A stretch of 43,788 nucleotides of DNA from IMG/VR virus record IMGVR_UViG_3300020515_000010, positions 1 to 43,788 of that record; one strand, given 5' to 3'. Under the pieces are notes generated by a model. The model was not told the DNA's origin. It saw only the letters and a program-made list of their open reading frames with translations, and made no database searches. The first letter of the stretch is position 1. Every line of letters begins with the position of its first letter. The stretch comes from a virus. Its lineage: Duplodnaviria > Caudoviricetes. Positions 36,721-43,788 of this stretch are shown in pieces. The position numbers and the translations under genes were made by a program.

Positions 36721-39700
36721 TTGAATTACGTACCTCTGCACGTCCACACGCACTATTCATTAATGGATGGTGTTGCAACTCCAGAAGAGTATTGCAAACG
36801 TGCTAAAGTTAACGGAATGCAAGCCATAGCCATCACTGATCATGGTGCACTATCTGGACATCGTCCGATGTATCGTGCAGCAAAAGCCGAGGGTATAAAG
36901 CCAATCCTTGGTATAGAAGGCTATATTACTCATGATAGATTTGATAGAAGAGATAAAGCAGAACGAGCAGGTAATCCTTTAGATTTAGTTTACAATCATA
37001 TTGTTATTCTTGCTAAGAATCAACAAGGTTTAGAGAATTTAAATAGGTTAAATGAAATAGGTTGGACAGAAGGTTTTTATAAAAAGCCTAGAATAGATTT
37101 TGAAGTATTAGAAAAGTATAAAGAGGGTTTGATTGTTTTATCAGCCTGTATGTCTGGTTTGATTAATAAGGCATTAGAACATAGTGAATATGCTGCTGCT
37201 AAGAAACATTTGTCTTGGTTTAAAGATGTGTTTGGTGATGACTTTTATGTAGAGGTTATGCCTCATAATTCTAAAGAGATGAATAAAAACCTTTTGGAAA
37301 TAGCAGATAGTATGGATATTAAATCTGTTGTTACCCCAGATTGTCATCATGCTACTAAGGATCAAAAGATTATTCAAGAAATTATGCTTCTTTTAAATAC
37401 TCACGCTAAATTAGAAAAAGATATTAAGTTTGAAAAATCTCAAAAGATTGACAACATTATGAAACGTCTTGACTATTTATATGGTGAAAACAGAATGATG
37501 TCTTTTAGATCTTTTGATATCCATTTGCTTTCATATGAAGAAATGAAGCAGGCTATGAATATGCAGGGTATAGATAGAGATGATATTTATAATCATAGTG
37601 TTGAGATTGCTGATAAGGTAGAAGATTATAATATTGTTTCTCATTTAGATTTACTACCCACAAAAGTTGATAACCCACAAGATACTTTAAAAGATTTAGT
37701 TATCAAAGGATTGGTCAATAAAGGTCTTGCTCATAAAGATGAATACTTAGATAGAGCATTAGAAGAGTTAGAAATTATTGAAGATAAAAACTTTGCACCA
37801 TATTTTTTAATTGTAAGTAACATGCTTAATTGGGCTAAAGAGCAAGGAATTCTTGTTGGTCCAGGTCGTGGCTCTGCAGCAGGATCTTTAATTTGTTACG
37901 CACTTGGTATTACTGAGATAGATCCTTTAGAATATGATTTATTGTTTTTTAGATTCGTAAACCCAGACCGTAACGACTTTCCAGATATTGATTCAGACAT
38001 TGCTGATTCAAGACGTGACGAAGTTAAAGCATATCTTGAAAAAGAATATGAAAATGTTGCTTCAATTGCAACATTCTTAATGTTTAAAGGAAAAGGAATT
38101 GTAAGAGATGTATCTAGAGCATTTGATATACCTTTAGCAGATGTTAATAAAGTTTTAAAAACAGTAGATGATTGGGATGACTTTACAAAGTCAACAACAG
38201 CACAATGGTTTAGATTAAAGTATCCAGAAGTAGTAACATACGGAGAGCAGTTGCGTGGTCGTATTCGTGGAACAGGTATTCATGCCGCAGGTGTTGTAAC
38301 TGCTAAAGAACCTATTTTTAAATATGCTCCAATGGAAACTAGAACTGCACCAGGAACAAAGTATAGAATTCCAGTGGTTGCTGTAGACATGGAAGAAGCA
38401 GCAGACATAGGTTTAATTAAATTAGATATTCTTGGATTAAAAACTTTAACGGTGATTGACGACACATTAAAATCTATTAAAGAAAGACATAAGATTAATA
38501 TTAGATTGAATGAAATTAAATTAGACGACAAAGGTGTATATGAAATGTTGTCAGAAGGAAAGACAAAGGGTGTGTTTCAATGTGAAGCAACTCCATATAC
38601 AAACTTGTTGGTAAAGATGAATGTTTCTAATTTAAATGAACTTGCCGCTTCCAATGCTTTAGTAAGACCAGGTGCTATGAACACTATTGGTAAAGACTAC
38701 TTGTTAAGAAAACACGGTAAGCAGGTCACAGAGTATATTCATCCTATTATGCAAGAGTTTACAAAAGATACATATGGTTGTGTTTTGTATCAAGAACAAG
38801 TTATGCAAGCATGTGTTTACCTAGGTGGAATGACAATGGCAGAATCTGATAAGGTTCGTAAGATCATTGGTAAGAAAAAAGATGCGGCAGAGTTTGATGA
38901 ATTTAAAGATCGCTTTGTTGTTGGAGCATCAAAACATATTACACCATTTAAAGCAGAACAACTATGGCACGACTTTGAGGCTCATGCGGGATACTCATTT
39001 AACAAATCTCATGCCGTTGCTTATTCAACTCTGTCTTATTGGACGGCATGGTTAAAGTATTATTATCCAACAGAATTTATGTATTCATTATTAAAGAATG
39101 AACAAGACAAAGATGCTAGAACTGAATACTTGATTGAAGCAAAAAGAATGAATATTTCGGTTAAACTTCCTCACGTTAATGAGTCTAATAGTGATTTTAA
39201 AATCGAGGGTAAAGGAATTAGAATAGGACTATCTGCAATTAAATGGATCTCAGACGGAGTATCTGAAAAGATTATTGCACATAGACCATATACTTCTAAA
39301 GAAGAGTTTACTAAAATAGCGTCTAAAAAAGGTAGTGGCATTAATTCAAGAGCAGTACAAGCACTAGATGCTTTGGGTGCTTTAACTTTTGACGATAATC
39401 CTAGAGATGATGTAAAGGTAAAAGAAAACTTGTACGAATATTTAAACTTACCAGAGTTTAAAACAAGTGTACCTCCTCACTTTTATGCATACTTAAATAG
39501 CGTAGAAGATTTTGATGAAGAAAATGTTTTTGTTTTGATGGGTGTAATTAAAAAAATTAAAAGAGGAAAAGGTTGGTCGAGAGTAGAACTAATGGACAAC
39601 ACAGGACTCATTGGCATATTCGATGATGAAGAAACTAAAATAGAACCAGGAAGAACTTATATTCTTGCTGTTGCTTCAAACAGAATTATGGAAGCAGTTC

Positions 39701-39999
39701 CTGTAGACGAGATTAAACAAAATTTTAACAATCCACTAATTAAGTTTTTAAATTATAAGTCATTACCATATAGCAATGATGAGAAATATGTGCTATCCTT
39801 TAAGCCTAGAGTAACAAAAACAGGAAAGAAAATGGCAAACATGATAATTGCAGATGCTTCTAGAGATATGGAATCAATAGTTGTATTCCCAACAATGTTC
39901 TCTCAAGCATATATGAAGTGCGAACCTGGTAAAGCAAACAAAATGATTTTCGATCTAACAAAAGACGGAACTAAAACACTGAAAGAGGTAAGTAAATGA
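36721..39999 (+). CDS. dnaE: DNA polymerase III alpha subunit
   Basis: PHP LHVHTHYSLMDG and ITDHG, GPGRGSAAGS, PDIDSD, HAAGVV, KLDILG, YSFNKSHA. Confidence 0.96.
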   Translation: MNYVPLHVHTHYSLMDGVATPEEYCKRAKVNGMQAIAITDHGALSGHRPMYRAAKAEGIKPILGIEGYITHDRFDRRDKAERAGNPLDLVYNHIVILAKNQQGLENLNRLNEIGWTEGFYKKPRIDFEVLEKYKEGLIVLSACMSGLINKALEHSEYAAAKKHLSWFKDVFGDDFYVEVMPHNSKEMNKNLLEIADSMDIKSVVTPDCHHATKDQKIIQEIMLLLNTHAKLEKDIKFEKSQKIDNIMKRLDYLYGENRMMSFRSFDIHLLSYEEMKQAMNMQGIDRDDIYNHSVEIADKVEDYNIVSHLDLLPTKVDNPQDTLKDLVIKGLVNKGLAHKDEYLDRALEELEIIEDKNFAPYFLIVSNMLNWAKEQGILVGPGRGSAAGSLICYALGITEIDPLEYDLLFFRFVNPDRNDFPDIDSDIADSRRDEVKAYLEKEYENVASIATFLMFKGKGIVRDVSRAFDIPLADVNKVLKTVDDWDDFTKSTTAQWFRLKYPEVVTYGEQLRGRIRGTGIHAAGVVTAKEPIFKYAPMETRTAPGTKYRIPVVAVDMEEAADIGLIKLDILGLKTLTVIDDTLKSIKERHKINIRLNEIKLDDKGVYEMLSEGKTKGVFQCEATPYTNLLVKMNVSNLNELAASNALVRPGAMNTIGKDYLLRKHGKQVTEYIHPIMQEFTKDTYGCVLYQEQVMQACVYLGGMTMAESDKVRKIIGKKKDAAEFDEFKDRFVVGASKHITPFKAEQLWHDFEAHAGYSFNKSHAVAYSTLSYWTAWLKYYYPTEFMYSLLKNEQDKDARTEYLIEAKRMNISVKLPHVNESNSDFKIEGKGIRIGLSAIKWISDGVSEKIIAHRPYTSKEEFTKIASKKGSGINSRAVQALDALGALTFDDNPRDDVKVKENLYEYLNLPEFKTSVPPHFYAYLNSVEDFDEENVFVLMGVIKKIKRGKGWSRVELMDNTGLIGIFDDEETKIEPGRTYILAVASNRIMEAVPVDEIKQNFNNPLIKFLNYKSLPYSNDEKYVLSFKPRVTKTGKKMANMIIADASRDMESIVVFPTMFSQAYMKCEPGKANKMIFDLTKDGTKTLKEVSK

Positions 40000-41000
40000 T
40001 ACTAATAGATGAACTATTATCACAGTTAGATCCTAGTTTAAGAAAAAGATTAACTATAGGAACTGACGTAGAAGTAAGAAAACAAAAAACTCCAAGTATT
40101 GGATTGACAAAGGCTTTAAAAGGTGGCTTTGCTTATGGTAGACAAGTTTTAATTTGGGGAAACAAATCAGCAGGTAAATCTTCTTTTTGTTTACAAATGA
40201 TTGCCGAAGCACAAAAAGATGGAAAGATGTGTGCTTGGATAGATGCAGAACAATCTTTTGATCCAGAGTGGGCTAGACGATTAGGTGTTGACACAGATAA
40301 GTTAATTTATTCAGAAGCAAGAACGGTAAACGATATGGTTGACGTTGCTACTCAGTTAATGAAAGCAAAAGTAGACGTGTTAGTTGTAGATTCAATATCA
40401 GCATTACTTCCTGCAATATATTTTGAAAAAGATTCAACAGAATTAAAACAGTTAGAAAATACAAAACAGATAGGTGCAGAAGCAAGAGATATGACTAATG
40501 CTGTAAAGATGTTAAATTATGCTAACAATCAAGACAGTCAAACTCTTCTTATTTTAATTTCTCAACAACGTAACAATATTGGTGCAATGTATGCTAGTCA
40601 TCAACCAACTGGTGGACACGCTGTTAAGTTTTTTTCAAGTACCATTGTTAAACTTTGGTCAAGTGAATCAGAAAACCAAGCAATCAAAGGTAAAGTAGCG
40701 GTTGGAGATAAGTTTATAGAATCAAAAATTGGTCGTGCAGTTAACTGGAACATTGATTTTAATAAAACAGGTCCAGCATTTATTGGAGGATCTTACGATT
40801 TTTATTTTGATGCAGAAGTTGTAGGAGTAGATAAAGTAGCAGATCTAGTTGATACAGCAGAAAACTACGGAGTTATTGAAAAAGGTGGAGCATGGTACAC
40901 AGTATTAGGTGAAAGATTTCAGGGTAGAGCAAAGGTAGTTGAATACTTAAAAGAAAACCCTAATAAAGTAAAAGAGTTAGAAGCATTACTTGAACAATAA
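39996..41000 (+). CDS. recA: RecA-like recombinase
   Basis: GNKSAGKS, WIDAEQSFD, VVDSISAL, GGHAVKFFSS, KGGAWY. Confidence 0.92.
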   Translation: MILIDELLSQLDPSLRKRLTIGTDVEVRKQKTPSIGLTKALKGGFAYGRQVLIWGNKSAGKSSFCLQMIAEAQKDGKMCAWIDAEQSFDPEWARRLGVDTDKLIYSEARTVNDMVDVATQLMKAKVDVLVVDSISALLPAIYFEKDSTELKQLENTKQIGAEARDMTNAVKMLNYANNQDSQTLLILISQQRNNIGAMYASHQPTGGHAVKFFSSTIVKLWSSESENQAIKGKVAVGDKFIESKIGRAVNWNIDFNKTGPAFIGGSYDFYFDAEVVGVDKVADLVDTAENYGVIEKGGAWYTVLGERFQGRAKVVEYLKENPNKVKELEALLEQ

Positions 41001-41148
41001 TTATAGTGTTTACCCTGGTAAGTTTGTATGCCATGAATGTAAAGCGATAGTTGGAACAGCAAGGCTATATCAAGAAAAAAGGGAGTTGACTTGGATGTGT
41101 TTAGAAAAGCACTTATCAAAAGTTGTCTTTCCTTCAAAGGGGTATTAA
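40990..41148 (+). CDS. Small zinc-finger protein (absent from the ORF track)
   Basis: TTG-start 52 aa MNNNYSVYPGKFVCHECKAIVGTARLYQEKRELTWMCLEKHLSKVVFPSKGY; fills the gap and is TAATG-coupled to the next gene. Confidence 0.7.
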   Translation: MNNNYSVYPGKFVCHECKAIVGTARLYQEKRELTWMCLEKHLSKVVFPSKGY

Positions 41149-41438
41149 TGTCTGAGCGTGGAGAGTTGAAAAGAATTGGTGCTAAACAGCATAAAAATTC
41201 TGGTAGAGGAATGGTAAAGGCAGACGGTAGCAATGAAGATTTTGTTATAGATGTTAAAGAATATTCTAAGTCATATTCTGTTAGCCAAGACTCTTGGGCT
41301 AAGATTGTATCAGACACAATGAAAGTAGACAGAGCAAAAGATCCAGCATTAATGATTGTTCTTGGCGAGGGTAGCAAAAAAGTAAGACTTGCTATAATAG
41401 AGTGGGAAGTATTTGAACAACTAAGAGAGAAGAAGTGA
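41148..41438 (+). CDS. PD-(D/E)XK nuclease, Hjc-type Holliday junction resolvase-like
   Basis: MSERGE...NSGRGMVKADG...IDVKE; start reassigned to ATG 41148. Confidence 0.65.
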   Translation: MSERGELKRIGAKQHKNSGRGMVKADGSNEDFVIDVKEYSKSYSVSQDSWAKIVSDTMKVDRAKDPALMIVLGEGSKKVRLAIIEWEVFEQLREKK

Positions 41439-41749
41439 TGGAAACTACAGTAGAGTTATTAAATAAAGTAACAGAGTTTAACGAAATATCAGAGTATATG
41501 CATGACGAAGAGTTAACAAAGGCTTTAGTTGTCATTACAAAGTTAATATCTAATCCAGATCTGCCACCAGCAAAGGCTACACTGCTAATCACACAACTAC
41601 AGGCTTATGCTGCCAAGTTTGCTATGCTGGCTGCTTGGTATTCACACGTTAAAAAAGATGATAGAGCAAAAAAGAATATGTACTATGCAATGAGAGAAGC
41701 AATCGACAAATTAGTTGATGCCCTTAAATACAATGTTAGGACATTCTAG
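41438..41749 (+). CDS. Hypothetical helical protein
   Basis: ORF with TGATG coupling. Confidence 0.7.
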   Translation: METTVELLNKVTEFNEISEYMHDEELTKALVVITKLISNPDLPPAKATLLITQLQAYAAKFAMLAAWYSHVKKDDRAKKNMYYAMREAIDKLVDALKYNVRTF

Positions 41750-42522
41750 TGGCTAAATCATTAGTTAATAAAATTATTAAAAAGAAAGAAAGTCAAATTG
41801 ATTTATCTAAGATTGCAGATCATATTGAACAAGGTCAGTTTAAGGTTAATACAAGATCTGGTTTTACTCAAAAGAAAACTTTTAGCCCATCTACAATTGT
41901 ATTTGGTCAAGGTCACTGTGCAAGATATTGGTATTTAGCATTTGAGGGTAATGAATGGGAAGAAAAGAATACAGGCATCAACTATGCCAATATGAATGCT
42001 GGAACAAGTGGTCATGAAAGAATACAAAAGGCTTTAGAGGCACAAGGTATTCTTGAATGGAGTGAAAAACAAATTGTTAATGCCGATCCTCCAATTTTTG
42101 GGTATGCAGATGCAATGGTTAGTTTAGATGATCAACTAGTTCTTCTTGAAATCAAGACAACTAAAAGTGAAGCATTTGATTATCATAAAAATAATGGTCA
42201 TGCAAGTGCTTACCATGTAGAACAACTTCTAATTTATATGAAGATTTTAAAACAAAAAGTGGGTGCTATTGTTTACGAATCAAAAAACACTCATGAGATA
42301 TGTGTTATTCCTGTTGTAGCAAATGAAAAGCATGTAGAGTTTATTGATTATCTTTTTGATTGGATGCAAAAAACTTATAAAGCCTTTCAAGATAAACAAC
42401 TTCCAGAAAGAGCGTATCGTGTTGGATCTAAGGTTTGTATGTCTTGCCCACTTGAAAAAGTATGTAACTCAAGAGAAGAGGGTGTCATAAAAATTGAGAG
42501 AAGAAAAGAAATTGAGCAATAA
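41749..42522 (+). CDS. Cas4-like PD-(D/E)XK exonuclease with Fe-S cluster
   Basis: SPS...CARYWY, GTSGHERIQ, GYAD...EIKT, QLLIY, CMSCPLEKVC. Confidence 0.85.
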   Translation: MAKSLVNKIIKKKESQIDLSKIADHIEQGQFKVNTRSGFTQKKTFSPSTIVFGQGHCARYWYLAFEGNEWEEKNTGINYANMNAGTSGHERIQKALEAQGILEWSEKQIVNADPPIFGYADAMVSLDDQLVLLEIKTTKSEAFDYHKNNGHASAYHVEQLLIYMKILKQKVGAIVYESKNTHEICVIPVVANEKHVEFIDYLFDWMQKTYKAFQDKQLPERAYRVGSKVCMSCPLEKVCNSREEGVIKIERRKEIEQ

Positions 42523-42808
42523 GGTATGTCAATGGTGTGATGATGAATTTAAAACAGTTAGCAAGAATCAAATTTATTGTTCACCAAAATGTCGTGCCGA
42601 ATCAACAAAGAAAAAAATTGTTGAAAGATATCAAATTTCTAAATTCAAATCAAGAGTTGGCAAGGAAAGAAGATGTGCTGGAGGCTGTGATACTTTGATA
42701 AGTGTTTACAACGATGCTGGTTTTTGCAACGCATGTCTTGTTAATCAGAAAAAAGTAGATAAGTTTATTAAAGACCTAAGGGATTATTTTGACTATGAAG
42801 AAAAATAA
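42512..42808 (+). CDS. Cys-rich zinc-finger protein
   Basis: CQWC...YCSPKC...CAGGC...CNAC; likely TTG start 42512. Confidence 0.7.
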   Translation: MSNKVCQWCDDEFKTVSKNQIYCSPKCRAESTKKKIVERYQISKFKSRVGKERRCAGGCDTLISVYNDAGFCNACLVNQKKVDKFIKDLRDYFDYEEK

Positions 42809-43403
42809 ATTATTATATATAGGACATCCTAAAAGTATTTTGGCTATAGATGCTTCAACTAACTCTATGGCATTTTCAGTATATGTTGAAGGAGAACTAA
42901 AGAAGTTTGGAAAGATTAATTTTTACGGCAAGCATGTATATGAAAGAGCAGGAGATGCTTGTAAAAAGTTAATTCCATTTCTTAAAGATTTTAATATAGA
43001 TGCTGTAGTTATTGAATCTGCAATATATACCAATTCACAAAAAACTGCTATTAACTTGGCTATAGTTCAAGGTGCTATTATAGGATCGTCTCAGGTTGCT
43101 GGAAATAGAACTGTAGTGTCTTGTTCTCCAGTTGCTTGGCAAAACTGGATTGGTAATAAAAAACTTACAAAGCAAGAGAAAGAAGAAATAAAACTAGCAG
43201 ATCCTAATCATTCATTTTCTTGGTATAAGCAAAAAGAAAGAGAAAAAAGAAAACAAAGAACTATAAGAATAGTTAATATTGAATTTGGTTTAGAATTAGA
43301 CGATGACGATGTAGCAGATGCAGTTGCAATAGGATGGTATTCATTTAAAAACTGGAATAGGCTAGTAGATGAACCTCATAATATTGACAAGAAACAGGGG
43401 TAG
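42795..43403 (+). CDS. RuvC-like Holliday junction resolvase
   Basis: ILAIDAST, VVIES, DDVADAVAIG RNase H-fold acidic residues. Confidence 0.8.
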   Translation: MKKNKLLYIGHPKSILAIDASTNSMAFSVYVEGELKKFGKINFYGKHVYERAGDACKKLIPFLKDFNIDAVVIESAIYTNSQKTAINLAIVQGAIIGSSQVAGNRTVVSCSPVAWQNWIGNKKLTKQEKEEIKLADPNHSFSWYKQKEREKRKQRTIRIVNIEFGLELDDDDVADAVAIGWYSFKNWNRLVDEPHNIDKKQG

Positions 43404-43412
43404 TGATAAAAT
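43384..43412 (+). promoter_or_regulatory. Near-consensus sigma70-type promoter
   Basis: TTGACA-17 nt-TAAAAT with TG extension. Confidence 0.6.
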
Positions 43413-43563
43413 GAAACTATACACAAATGAAGTATGGCTAAAGAAAAGGATTAATGTTGATAAGAAAACTCCTTTGGAAGTTGCTAAAGAATGCGGAGTT
43501 AGCCTCGAAACTATCTATGTCTATATGGCCAAGTTCCAAATCAAAAAGTCAAAGAGAAAATAA
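43411..43563 (+). CDS. Small HTH DNA-binding protein
   Basis: KKTPLEVAKECGVSLETIYVYMAKF. Confidence 0.7.
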   Translation: MKLYTNEVWLKKRINVDKKTPLEVAKECGVSLETIYVYMAKFQIKKSKRK

Positions 43564-43788
43564 TGGCTGACTATAAGTATCCAGATTTTGAAAAACAACT
43601 TGAAGATCGCATGAAGTTTATTCGTGATATCTCAACCCAAGCACCTGCGGGTAGAAAGATATTAGATGAATGCCTAGATATAGCAGAACTACTTATTAAA
43701 AAGAATAACTCTTATGGTAGTTCATATAGTCATCCTATTAACATATTCAGTAAATCTACCCCAAAAGAACAAATTTATATCCGTATTG
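43563..43788 (+). CDS. Partial nucleotide-modification-associated (DUF1599/Nmad1-like) protein, truncated by the window end
   Basis: Open frame MADYKYPDFEK...ELLIKKNNSYGSSYSHPINIFSK...IYIRI with KNxxYG motif. Confidence 0.6.
   Translation, partial: MADYKYPDFEKQLEDRMKFIRDISTQAPAGRKILDECLDIAELLIKKNNSYGSSYSHPINIFSKSTPKEQIYIRI

Noticed and set aside
632-41000. Inteins or introns in NrdJ, DnaB, DnaE or RecA
   Set aside because: Lengths are ordinary, frames are continuous and no intein or homing-endonuclease motifs were seen
1558-41592. Other short antisense or alternate-frame ORFs in the track (e.g. 1558-1794, 9984-10181, 13562-13798, 38280-38531, 40919-41377)
   Set aside because: They overlap well-supported genes and show no recognisable motifs
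41749-42522. Cas4-like gene as evidence of a CRISPR-Cas system
   Set aside because: No repeat-spacer array or other cas genes; stand-alone Cas4-like nucleases are common in phages
1-43788. Stop-codon reassignment or tRNA genes
   Set aside because: Standard code gives dense full-length genes ending in TAA, TAG and TGA; no cloverleaf seen in the intergenic gaps

Overview
A 43.8-kb, AT-rich piece of a tailed dsDNA phage genome with siphovirus-type organisation, almost entirely on the + strand. Gene order: AT-rich non-coding region with a long hairpin; small Cys-rich ORF (-); class II ribonucleotide reductase; large beta-rich virion protein; portal, protease/scaffold and major capsid; head-tail connectors; tail tube; tail chaperones with a -1 frameshift; 2454-aa tape measure; tail-tip proteins; beta-helix tailspike; then a replication/recombination block (DnaB, DnaG, SSB, DnaE, RecA, Hjc-like resolvase, Cas4-like nuclease, RuvC-like) and a truncated nucleotide-modification-associated gene. 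Gene content, extended -10 promoters and likely leaderless starts suggest a large lytic phage of Actinobacteria (inference). I recognised no terminase, lysis gene, integrase, tRNA or CRISPR array. Top observations: (1) a GC-rich ~20-bp complementarity across 4 kb between the region upstream of the major capsid gene and the switch-like leader of the tail tube gene, a candidate head-tail RNA-RNA regulator; (2) a tape measure protein with a repeat-bounded insert resembling a His-Me nuclease; (3) apparent avoidance of AGCT; (4) a nested in-frame scaffold start; (5) a recently duplicated repeat in the tailspike. All pairings and motifs were read by eye; no folding program or database search was run.
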